Below the pieces are notes generated by a model. The model did not search any database, was not told the origin of the DNA, and worked only from the letters and a program-made list of their open reading frames with translations. Shown here piece after piece: positions 1 through 11,800 of a stretch of DNA of 64,000 nt (position 1 is the stretch's first letter; each line of letters starts with the position of its first letter). The DNA is from Ranitomeya imitator. Lineage: Eukaryota. The DNA lies in contig NC_091291.1 in assembly GCF_032444005.1 (NCBI RefSeq), forward strand, positions 120,900,001 to 120,964,000, read 5' to 3'. The translations under genes were made by a program, and so were the position numbers.

Positions 1-691
1 CTCCAGACCCCCCTCCCCCATAGCCTGGAATAATTTTCTGTGCATCTGTAATTAAAAAAATAAATATTATCAGGACGAGGGACTTTTTTTGTGCTACAAA
101 TACCCAAAAAAATAAAACAGAAAATATAGATTTAAATAAATATAAAATATGCAAAATAATAAAAATGTAGTAATATATCACATTATATTATTATATGATT
201 TTTATTATTATATTTTCGTATGATTACATCATTACATTATGTATCATTAAATTATATTATAATATACTATTATATAAACATATAATTCATATTTACTATA
301 GAATAATAATAAATAGATAAACTATAAAAGCAAAAACTGTTATATATTTTGTGCAAAATGAATGGTCCGCGTGCACAAGTTGAAAAATTTGCTGCAGAAA
401 AATGTCAATGAATGACAAAAGATAAAAAAAAAATAAAAAATGGTGACTTATAATTAAATGATGAATTGGGCCATTGGGATGTAGTAGCTGATACAGAAGT
501 TTTGCACATCTTCATTCGTACGAGTCACAGGTTACATTTGGTACAACTTTTTGTTGCCCGAACAACAAATGAAAAGTGATAAGGGACAAAACTAAATTTT
601 TTTTATGGCATTCACTGTGCAGAATAAGTGGGATGATGACTTTATGCTATAGGTCAGTAATCACCATGATGGGTAAGTAGCATAAAGCAAT

Positions 692-1010
692 TAAAGGGAA
701 CCGGTCGTGTCCCTAAATTCAGATATAGGGTTAATCTGAAGGTTAATAGCTGCCTTAATCTGCCTTACTGAAAGCTATCAGGAGCCGCCGGCTTTCAGTT
801 ATGGAGAAGTGCCAGCGCGCCTTCACTCACTGATCCCTACACTGTAAGCAGTTTGATTGACAGCTCGCAGTGCAGCACATCTGTGTACAGCGGGCTGTGA
901 TCATAGCATCTGCTCAGTGTACTAAGCAGTGACTGATGCTGCACTGCCGCGCCTCTATAACTGAAAGCCGGCGGCTCCCGGGAAGAATAACGTGAATTCT
1001 CCCTGTTGTT
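692..1010. mobile_element. T2/Kolobok-type MITE fragment (TTAA-AGGGAACC start, internal inverted repeat)
   Basis: Starts ttaaagggaacc. Internal inverted pair gagccgccggctttcagttat (~781-801) and ataactgaaagccggcggctc (~957-977). Right boundary approximate. Confidence 0.5.
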
Positions 1011-1759
1011 CCTAAAAGAGTCAAATGATAAATTTTTACTAAAAACTCATATTGAAAAGGGCAGGATGGGACTTACTAAGTAGAATGAATTATTAACGCT
1101 GACATACTGCAGGCGGCCGCTGTTACCTTATCCATTGTAGTGTTAGCTCCCGGCTGTCAGGTCTTCATCACAAGGCTCGTCCATAAGAAACGAATGGAGA
1201 GAGCGGACAGATCTCATCATAGTCCATGTGCGGGGATGAGAAGAAGGAAATGCAGGAAGGAGGCAGCACCAAGACATGCGGTGTGAGGAGAAGGAGGGCA
1301 TCTGGAGGTCTTGTCTTTAAGTCAGTGGACCTCTAGTTCTGCTTTAAATCCAATACAAACCATGCTGCCGACCCGGTCAACCTTGAATAGATAAGTCATT
1401 TAATTAAACCATTCCATAAAATAATCTCCTAAAAAGGTTATCAGTATCACCAGGCCATCATCCCCCAGACTGCCCCTAACTGAGGATTCAGTGGTTTCTT
1501 AATGGGATCATGGTGCCAAAAGGATCACTCTTTGTGGTCTCAATGAGGATCGGCCATCATAGTCCCAAAAGAAGAAGGAGAATTTAGGGTTCTGGTATCA
1601 TTTGTCAGCATCCCATATGTGTAATAGGACACAGTCTGAAGATATGATTTACCCTTAAAAGAGCCCCCTGGTACAAAAGGAGTGGATCATCAGTTTCCCA
1701 AAGGAAAGGGTCAACAGAATCCCACAGGGATGCATGTGAAAGGTCCCAAGAAGATGGGT

Positions 1760-2250
1760 CATTAGCTGCTCAAAAGATCGGTCATCATGGTACTAAACCG
1801 ATCGATCATGATGGTACCACAGGGATCTGTGATGGTAGTACTAAAGGGAACAGTCATTGTTGTCCCTAGAGAACTGCTCTCATGGTACCAAAGGCATCTG
1901 TCCTCATGTTCCTAAGGGGATCTGTTCTCGTGGTCACAAAGAGATCGGTCATCGTTATTCCAAAAGCATCGGTCATTGTGGTTCCAAAGGGATCGGTCAT
2001 CGTGGTCCCAATGGGATCGGTAATCGTGGTCCCAATGGGATCGGTAATCGTGGTCCCAATGGGATCGGTTATCCTGGTCCCAAAGGGATCAGTCATCGTG
2101 GTCCCAAAGAGATTGGTCATCATGGTCCCAAAGACATAGGTCATCATGGTCCTAAAGGGATCGGTCATCATGGTCCCAAAGGGATCGGTCATCGTGGTCC
2201 CAAGGGGTGGTCATTATGGTCCCAATGGGATCGGTCATCATGGTCCATAT
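1760..2250. repeat. 24-bp minisatellite (gggatcggtcatcgtggtcccaaa), increasingly degenerate toward ~1500
   Basis: Direct tandem copies visible. An 8-aa period (GIGHRGPK / TDPFGTTM) appears in several frames on both strands. Confidence 0.9.
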
Positions 2251-2825
2251 TGATCAGTTACTTGCGCCCAGCTGTGTCGGTGGTGCCTTAAAGTTATGGG
2301 CAGCAGTGTCACCTGGTGAGTTGTCAGCGGCCCCCGGGTGAGAACTACACCTCCTCCACCCCCCACTCGTCCTGCAGGATATCCAGACACAGAGACCCCA
2401 CTCACACTCACCTGTGTCCCTCCTCACATGCTGATAATCCCTGCGCTGATCCCTGAGCACCAGATCCGCCGCTCCTAGACCCGATCCGTCCTCTACACCG
2501 CGCAGCAGCTCCGATCCACGGGTGACACACGGGTCCGGGACGGGACGGATCCCCGGGGACTAGTCCTGCCCAGTGTGAGGGGGTCTCCCTCCGCCTCCTC
2601 CCTCTGCGATCTACGAGCCACCAGGGAGGGGGGTCGTCGTCATGGTTACAGCTTCCAGCAGACAGTGTTCGCCACAAAATCCTTCCGTCCAGATTAAAAA
2701 AAAAAAAAAAAAGAGTCGGTTAGGAACCAACATTTACTGTCTTGGTTGCTGGAGGGACGATATTTCTTTGCCGGACCGGATGTTGTGTGCACGCGAGCGC
2801 TGAGCCGGGATTACACGGCGGCAGC

Positions 2826-5800
2826 ATGGGGAAGCCTCGGAGGTGAGGAGTGTGGTGTGCGGGGGGCTGGTACATGGCTGCTGGGCGGTATATGGGGGGC
2901 TGTAATGTGCGTGGCCCACATATTAGAGGGTGACTTGTGTACTATGCGGTGACCTGTGACTGCAAACTACAGTGTTAATATCCCAAGAACGGCTGAAAGT
3001 TTCAGTGAGCAGTAAATTCCCAAATGATTGTATTTACCAGCACCATGTGACAGCCCCCAGCTATGGAGAGGGAAAGACCCCTAAGGAGGCAGCTTTTAGG
3101 CCTTCAGGAAGGGCTGGCGGGTTTTGTTTTTTCCATCCTGTCTTCTGAGAGCAATGACTTCTCTTATTTCCCATACATTATATGGGGTTGACAAGTTTGC
3201 AGATTTTAATTGCGTTATTTTGGGGGTATATCATATTTATTTATTTTTTATGGAAGGGGTTAATGAGAATAATTATCCATGCATCTAAAGGATTTAATGG
3301 GTTGTCCATCACTTATAGGCCATGTTCACACGTTCAGTATTTTACATCAGTATTTGTAGCCAAAACCAGGCGTGGAGCATATGCTTCTATTATACTTTTC
3401 CTCTATTTGTTCCACTCCTGGTTTTGGCTACAAATACTGATGTAGAATACTGAATGTGTGACTGTGGCCTTATCCTGATGACCTCTCCTAACACCAGGCC
3501 ATCAATAGAAGATCGGTGAGGTCCCATCACCCTCCACTGATCATCAGTTGTCACCGCCAGTGGCCGGATGTGACTGGTGTATATAGCTGCAGTCTGTGGT
3601 TGCTACCAAGTGCTGCAAATCGGCTCTTACTGGAGAGAGAAAAGGAGGCTGATCTGCAGCACCCGGCAGCAGCCACTACATCTGTACAGAGCAATGCTGC
3701 TTCGTTAAATTCCCTGTAGGGGCTCATAACAGCTGATCTGATATTGATGATCTATCCTGAGGATGAGCCATCAGGAATAGTGATGACATAGGTGGCCAAA
3801 AATATTTGGTCAGTGTGGACGTCTTTACTATTAGTGATTTTTCTCATATGCCAAAAAATAATAACTGCAAAGCTTTTCCTACCTATTGCTATGTTAAAAA
3901 TGGACAGCACTACGACTGCATTTGTGTGCTGTTAGTGAATTTTAACAAATCAATAAAATTGTCCGGGCAAATCTGATGTAAGAAAAATAAATGAGGTACA
4001 CATTTTATCAATCTTTTGCCGACACAGTAAAGGTACCGTCACACTTAGCGACGCTGCAGCGATACCGACAACGATCCGGATCGCTGCAGCGTCGCTGTTT
4101 GGTCGCTGGAGAGCTGTCACACAGACCGCTCTCCAGCGACCAACGATGCCGGTAACCAGGGTAAACATCGGGTAACTAAGCGCAGGGCCGCGCTTAGTAA
4201 CCCGATGTTTACCCTGGTTACCATCCTAAAAGTAAAAAAAAACAAACACTACATACTTACCTACAGCCGTCTGTCCTCCAGCGCTGTGCTCTGCTCTCCT
4301 CCTGTACTGGCTGTGTGAGCACAGCGGCCGGAAAGCAGAGCGGTGTCGTCACCGCTCTGCTTTCCGGCTGACCGACGCTCACAGCCAGTGCAGGAGGAGT
4401 GCAGAGCACAGCGCTGGAGGACAGACGGCTGTAGGTAAGTATGTAGTGTTTGTTTTTTTTTTTACTTTTAGGATGGTAACCAGGGTAAACATCGGGTTAC
4501 TAAGCGCGGCCCTACGCTTAGTTACCCGATGTTTACCCTGGTTACCAGTGAAGACATCGCTGGATCGGTGTCACACACGCCGATCCAGCGATGTCAGCAG
4601 GAGTCCAGCGACGAAATAAAGTTCTGGACTTTATTCAGCGACCAACGATCTCCCAGCAGGGGCCTGATCATTGGTCGCTGTCACACATAACGATTTCATT
4701 AACGATATCGTTGCTACGTCACAAAAAGCAACGATATCATTAACAATATCGTTATGTGTGAAGGTACCTTAATAATAATAATCTTTATTCTTATGTAGCG
4801 CTAACATATTCCGCAGCACTTTACAGTTTGCACACATTATCATCGCTGTCCCGATGGGGCTCACAATCTAAATTCCCTATCAGTATGTCTTTGGAATGTG
4901 GGAGGAAACCGGAGTACCCGGAGGAAACCCATGGGGAGAACATACAAACTCGGTACACAAAAAACACAGACATGATCAGTAGAGATGAGCGGATCGATTC
5001 TCGGGATTCCAGTCCAGCGTCCAGGTTAGTGGTATGCGGTCACACGTCGACCCCGGTGCTGCTTTTGATTAGCCAAGGCTGCTGTGTCGTCAGCTGTGCA
5101 TCACGTCGCATAGATGATGTAGTGCCAGCCCTGACTAATCAAGTGCAATGCCGGAAGGTAAGAGATTTGCTGCCTCCCATCTAGCCACTGCATACCACTA
5201 ACCCGGACGCTGGGCTGGAGTTCCGCGAATCGACCCCCTGATTAGAAGACTGTTTCATGCATCATGTATCAGATACTGTATCAACCAGGTGGGTTAGACT
5301 TTGAAATCCTGCGGCGTTTCAGAGAAAAGGATAGTTTAAAAGCCACCTGGACTGAGCTGCATGGAAGATTAGCCAGACAGGCGGGCCAAAGCTTCTCCCC
5401 ATCACTCCCCTTGTGTGACAGGTCTTTACCTGAGTGTGTATAGGAAGAGACCTGGCAGATGGCTAGGACTCGCTGCCAGGGATCAGCCTATCCGACTAGT
5501 CTAGCCTCTAGTGCGGCTCAGTCCCCTGCAGCTTTTAAAGTATATTTTTCTCTGAAACAGCGCGACTTTTCAGAGTCAACCATACCTGGCTAAGTTCATT
5601 CAGCCAGTGTCTAGTGCAGTGCTCCCCAACTCCGGTCCTCAAGAGCCACCAACAGGTCCTGTTTTCAGGATTTCCTTAGTATTGCACAGGTGATAATTGC
5701 ATCACCTGCACAGGCAATACTTCCATCACCTGTGCAATACTAAGGAAATCCTGAAAACATGACCTGTTGGTGGCTCTTGAGGACTGGAGTTGGGGACCAC

Positions 5801-8800
5801 TGGTCTAGTGCATGATGCCCGCAGATTGTACGGCAGGGGTGTCAAACTGCATTCCTCGAGGGCTGCAAACAGGTCATGTTTTCAGGATTTTCTTGTACTG
5901 CACAGGTGATAATTTAATCACCTACACAAATAATGAGTTGGTGATTAAATTATCACCTGTGCAGTACAAGGAAATCCTGAAAACATGACCTGTTTGCAGC
6001 CCTCGAGGAATGCAGTTTGACACCCCTGTTGTACGGCACTTATTAGCTGTCAGATTACTTTTAAATAGCGAACACAAAGGGTTTGTTCACAGCAGAACAC
6101 AATTTAATCCTCAGATTCGGGTAACTTTCTTCCATTTGTCATGCATTTTAGCAATAATTGTTTTTAGTCCAAATTGTTATAAGGATGCCGTAACCATGAA
6201 TATCCGATTCTTATAGGAACCTAAGACCTAGGACGGAAAAAGCAAATGAAGATGTATATGATGAATCGCTGTCTAAAGCAGACGTTCCGTCGTCTAAAGA
6301 GGTGATTGGCTGAAGGATAACGCAGATTTTCCTTTGAAATCGGATATAATGAATTTCATGAAAGGTTTTGCCTCATCTGCACTACTCACGGTTTTAGGCT
6401 ACGTTCACATTAGCGTTGCGCCGCAGTGCGTCGGCGACGCAACGCGCGCTAAAACGCGCGCAAAAACGCGCGCGTTTTGCGACGCGTGCGTCGTTTTCCG
6501 ACGAAAATCGGACGCACAGAAAATGCTACATGTAGCGTTTTCTTGCGTCCGACGCTAGCGTCGGAAACGACGCATGTGGCGAAAAACGCCACCAAAACGA
6601 CGCACGCGTCCCCTATGTTAAACATAGGGGCGCGTCGCCGCTGCGTCGCCGGCGCAACAGCGACGCACATTGGCGGAACGCCAATGTGAACGTAGCCTAA
6701 CAGCTGCCATATCCTGAGTGGAGCTGTGGGTTCATGTATAATGCAGTAATGCTGCCCTGTAATAATTGTTGCACTGGACCTCTAGGTCAGGATCTCCTCC
6801 TCCCTGACTAATAAAGGGGAATCCATATATTCTCTTTGGACCTACAGATGTTATCCCAATGGGAACATCCCCTTTGAGAGTTTCCTTTTAGAAATTGCTG
6901 CCATGCAAAATTAGCTTAAGTGGGAGGGATAGGGAAATGGAAATAAAAGACCAAGCACTGAACTATTAATTCCCTGCCCTTTCAGCACTGTGGTTCCCCC
7001 GCTGATGCTCGGGTCCTCCCTGCTGGCCGTGGGTTACTGGGCTGCAGCGATGGTTCCCGTCAGTGTCTGCTCCATCCAAGCTCATTGGTGACTGTTCCTA
7101 AAAATCCCTTTAAATGAGATATTTGCAAGCTGAAACATGATGCCTACAATGTTTATTTGGCTACTTAAAGGGATGACCTAACCATTGTCTCTTTTTACAG
7201 TTATCCTCAAATTACTATAATGATGAAATTGATAGATATCACGAGGAGAAGTTTCAGGTAAAGCCATTTCCACTTCTGAGCTCCACTATGAATCTGCACC
7301 GGCTCCTTCTTTCCCATTTATTTTATTCCATCTGTGTTCTCGCTCACCTCTTACCTGTTCTCGGTTGGCCACATTTTATTTTCTTACAATTCTTCACAGA
7401 ACCTGATAGAAAAAGGAGTGAAATTTGACAGCGATGAAGAGCAGTATGACAGCGAGGTATGGAAGCCGCTGTGCGCTTGCAGATATAATCATATCACTTT
7501 GTGGTGCTTAAAAGTCCTGAGTTTTCTTTTATACTTTTTTGCAGGATGAGGTCATGCCTCTTGATATTGAGGATGATGAGGGTGAAGGAGACGAGGATGA
7601 TGATGAAGAGGAAGATGATCACATATCCATGGACAGTGATATAGAAGATCGTGACAAAGATGGTGAGCAAGCATGGCCAAATCCTTACCATAAAGGGGTT
7701 TAGTGATCATACTGTCATCTCTTCCTGAGTATGGGGGGGTCTGACCCCTAGGATCCACCCAATTAAAGGATCAAAGAGGATCGCTTCTTTTTTACCTACT
7801 TTGTAGTCCGTTTATTCTAGAGGTTGGAGTCGGCACCAGGAATTGTCTCCACTATATGCCATCTCTTACTATTTTATCTTATACCTTTGTATGGAATAAT
7901 ATACTATGCTATATTTTTTGGGGTATACTGGCCTGACAGAGGCTAAAAGGACACTTTTGGCATCCATCATGTGAGAAGACGTTGCTTATATATTTAGCAT
8001 GTGCATCATATTGGGAGCGTCTCTATTGTGAAGGGAGCAGGGCCTAAAAATGCAAGTCCCGTACATACAGAAGTCTCTCATTACACCATCCGGATCGTGA
8101 GAGTGGCTTATCCTTACAATTGTATTTCCCTTTACTAAGAGCTGGTTTACCTCCATTCCGGGTGAGTTATTTTGCAGCGAATACTGTGGTCCAAGAACTG
8201 GGAAGAGTTACCTATGTCTTTGTGAACTGTGTGCATGTGATGGGATCAGTGTATGAGTGTGAAATATAGCGGCACCCGGACTTGGAAGATTTTCAGTGTT
8301 GCTGTATCTTGATTGACGATTAGTAATGAGCGAATGTGGTAAGATAAGGTATTATCTGCCATGTTCGGGTGCTAACCAAGCGTCTTTGGCGTGCTTGAAA
8401 AATATGTTCAAGTCCCCGCGGCTGCATGTCTCATGGCTGTTTGACAGCTGCAACACGTGCAGGGATTACCTGTTTGTTAGGCAATCCCTGCATGTGTTGG
8501 TGTTGTCTAACAGCGCAAGACATGCAGCCGCAGGGACTTGAACATATTTTCGAGCACACCAAAGACCCTGTTAGCACCCGACCATGCTCAGATAACACCT
8601 TATTCGAGTATGTTCGCTCATCACTATTGACAATGCCAACGTCTGGTGCAAAGTGAATTTACGGAGATCAGGGCTTCACTGTGATAAGTTGGATTGCTGT
8701 GTCCATATGATACACTGACATAATTGTTTTTTTTACTTCAGGTCTTCCAGATGAAATGGCGTGGGGACTAAGGAAGAAGCTATATTATGACACAGACTAC

Positions 8801-11800
8801 AAAGAACAAAAGAAAAGTAAGGACGGCTTCATGAACTTACATTTGTTGTAGGCTGCATTCACACATCTGTGCGCGGCCCTTTTTATTTCTCAGACAGTAC
8901 ACAGACCCATAGAGTTTCATTGGTCCATACACACATCAGTTTTAAAAACAGATCAGTGTGTCTGGTCCGTGAGACTTTGAGCAGGTCCTATCCTCATCCG
9001 TGTTGTGGATCAAACTCAACCAGTGAAGTGTATGGAATATTCAATGAAAACGGATGAAACATGGAAACTACTTAGTATTTCAGTTCTCCATCCGTGTTTC
9101 ATTGCTCCATTGATGAAAGTGAATGGATAAATAAAAGTTCAGACATTTCACCTGCTTCAGTATTGGAAAACGGATGCACCATGGAGGCAATGCGCATGAA
9201 GCCGGAGAAAAAAATCTGTTTCTCAGGGATGTAGCCATCACCATTATCAGGTACTCGCCCTTCATTGCTATTCTCCTGCCTTCTTGGGTCTGTGACTAAA
9301 GTGGTTATGTCATGTCAGCAGCGCACGTCGCCGCTCAGTGCCTGGGCAGAGGTTGATGGCGACGTAGAGCTGTGATAATTACACAAGTTACACAGTTTGG
9401 TGACAGCTTTATTGAAAATGGATATCCCCTTTTAAGGACTGATTGGAAAAAAAACAAATATGTAGCTTTTAAAACTTGTAAAAAAAAAAAACGTACACCA
9501 TTGGATATTTTATGTAAACTGTAGAAAACTGTCTTTGCCTTCAGTTCATTGGGGGCTTTGTGCGGATTTTGAGATGTATTTAAAAAATAATTAAATATCT
9601 GTCTTGAATCTAAAAGTAGATATCTAATATGTCTATTTTTTTTTAACAGAAGTAAAAAAAACTAAAGAAGAGCTGGAAGCCGAGGCTGAGGATGAGGAGG
9701 AGGAAGCGCAGAATATTCAGAGGCGTTTGGCAAAGACTCTCAATGAAGAAGATTATGGGTTGGATTTCATCCAGGTAAGATTATATTGGTTTTTATTCAT
9801 TTTTCTATAACCACGGGTTGGTAGATGTTTCTACTGCACGCTACTTTGTCAGTGCCAAGCGATAGTCCAATCACATCAGATTTGTGGTGTCTGTTCGGTG
9901 TATGTGCAAGGAAAACTACAGGTGCATTTGCCAAATTATTCATAGGGTCCCGTTCTTCCAACAAATGGCAAAAAAAGTGTTTCTTTATCGCCTCTCATTG
10001 GGGGACACAGGAACCATGGGTGTATGCTGCTGCCACTAGGAGGCTGACACTATGCAAATAAAAAAATTAGCTCCTCCTCTGCAGTGTACACCCCACCGAC
10101 TGGCATTAAACTCTCCAGTTTAGCTTAGTGTCAGTAGGAGGTGGACACGGGTCTTTCATTAGACCCTTATCTACCTCAATGTGCGTCGTTTCTTTTCAGG
10201 CTTTCTTCCAGAGGGATACAGGGTGAGCAGTCACACCTGTAGTCCCACAATACGGACTATGAGTACGGCGTGTACTGCCACCCCGTATCCTCATAGATCC
10301 CTCTCCAGGACCAAGATCCTAGCACAGAAGCGTGCTCAGAAGTCCGGTCCTGGCTCCGTCCCCCACCCACTCGCCCACCAGAGCCTGTCGGTTGTGGAGA
10401 CGAGGACGTCCTTCAGCTCCCTGGACGTCTCATCCCCCTTTTAAGGTTAGTACCGGCGTGGGATTTTTTTGAGGTAAGTATTCCGGCGCCGCGTTTCCCC
10501 CCATCCCTTCCTAGAGTTTTCCTGGGGGTCTTACTAGGGGCTCCCTTATCCCGGGTCACTACTTGCTTGGATTCCCGCAGCACGACCTGGGCTTGCAGTT
10601 TCTGCAGACCTTCTCTTACGGACGCGGGGCCGTTATAGGCTGCCGCGCCGTTTGCCTACCAGTGTGGGCTCCGCGAATTCTCCTACCAGTCCTTCGGTAG
10701 GGGCCACTCTTCTCCCCGCGGCGCACTGCCTCTGCGCTGCGGTTTTCCAGGGTGCACACAGGCGCTGCGGCCCTGTCGGGCCGGCGCACCGCAGTTTTTG
10801 CCGGGGGCTCTCCGGCGCTGCCGCCCTGACAGGACGGCGCGCCGCGATTTCCGGGGGCACTCAGGCGCTGCGGCCCTGACAGACCGGCGCGCCGCTTCTT
10901 CCTGAGGCGCGCTGCTCTGGCGCCGCAGGGGGCTTCTCGGCAGCAGGGTTTCTCTCTAGCGGCGCAGCCTGGTAGGCTGCTGCGCCGCCTTTCCGGCGCA
11001 TCTTTCCGGCGCCGCGTTTTCTCCTCGGCCGCCGGCTTCTACTTTAGGCCCCGGCTTCCTCCGGGGCCTACTTCCGGTTTGCGCGCTCCCTCTCTTCCGG
11101 TCTGCGGGCGGGCTTTTTTTCCCGCCCGACATATTTGTCCTGCCCACCGGCGCCTCCGTGGCTGGCTCCACCCACTTCCTCCAGGGCTGAGTCACTCTTC
11201 TGGTGTGCACTCCGCAGCAGCACCTGCTCAGCCCCGCACGTGTTTTTTTCTGTGAGCTCAGCGATCTGCGCAGAATACGGCCCCTCAGGACAGGAGTCCT
11301 CCGCTGACAAGTGGGACATCTTCCAGGACCGGGTCCGTGAGTAGCTGCACTGCAGTCTGACACCCCCCTCTGCCCTCTGTCCCCTAACCAACTGGCATCT
11401 TCAGGGTCCCTCAAAATGTCTTCCTCTAAAGGGGGCCGCTCTCGCCCCCCTACTTCTTCTTCATCTACTACCTTAGTCACGTACTTTGCATGTTCGTCCT
11501 GTAACAGCAAACTTCCCTCAGGTCAGTCCTCCCCGCTGTGTCAGTCCTGCAGCAACCCGATTGTTCCCACCGCCCAGGATCCCCCGGCTGTTCCGCCCGA
11601 GAGTGATCCCCCCCATCCCAGGCTGGGCCGCTTCTCTGTCACAATCGGTGGCCGATTTAACACGGGTGTCTCAAACCCTGGTGTCCGCGCTGGATCGGTT
11701 ACCCCTGCAGACCCCTGCAGTGGCCAGCGGGTCGCAGGAACCGCCGCCCGAGCCCTCCTTGATTAGCCACAAAAGGTCCAGACAGGAACGTCGGTCTGAG

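Noticed and set aside
1857-2291. Collagen-like or Gly-rich 144-aa ORF
   Set aside because: Translation of a 24-bp minisatellite. Similar ORFs appear on both strands and no splice context supports it.
10956-11510. 184-aa antisense ORF in the DIRS leader
   Set aside because: GC-rich sequence with few stops, no recognisable motif, and it lies within a predicted intron.
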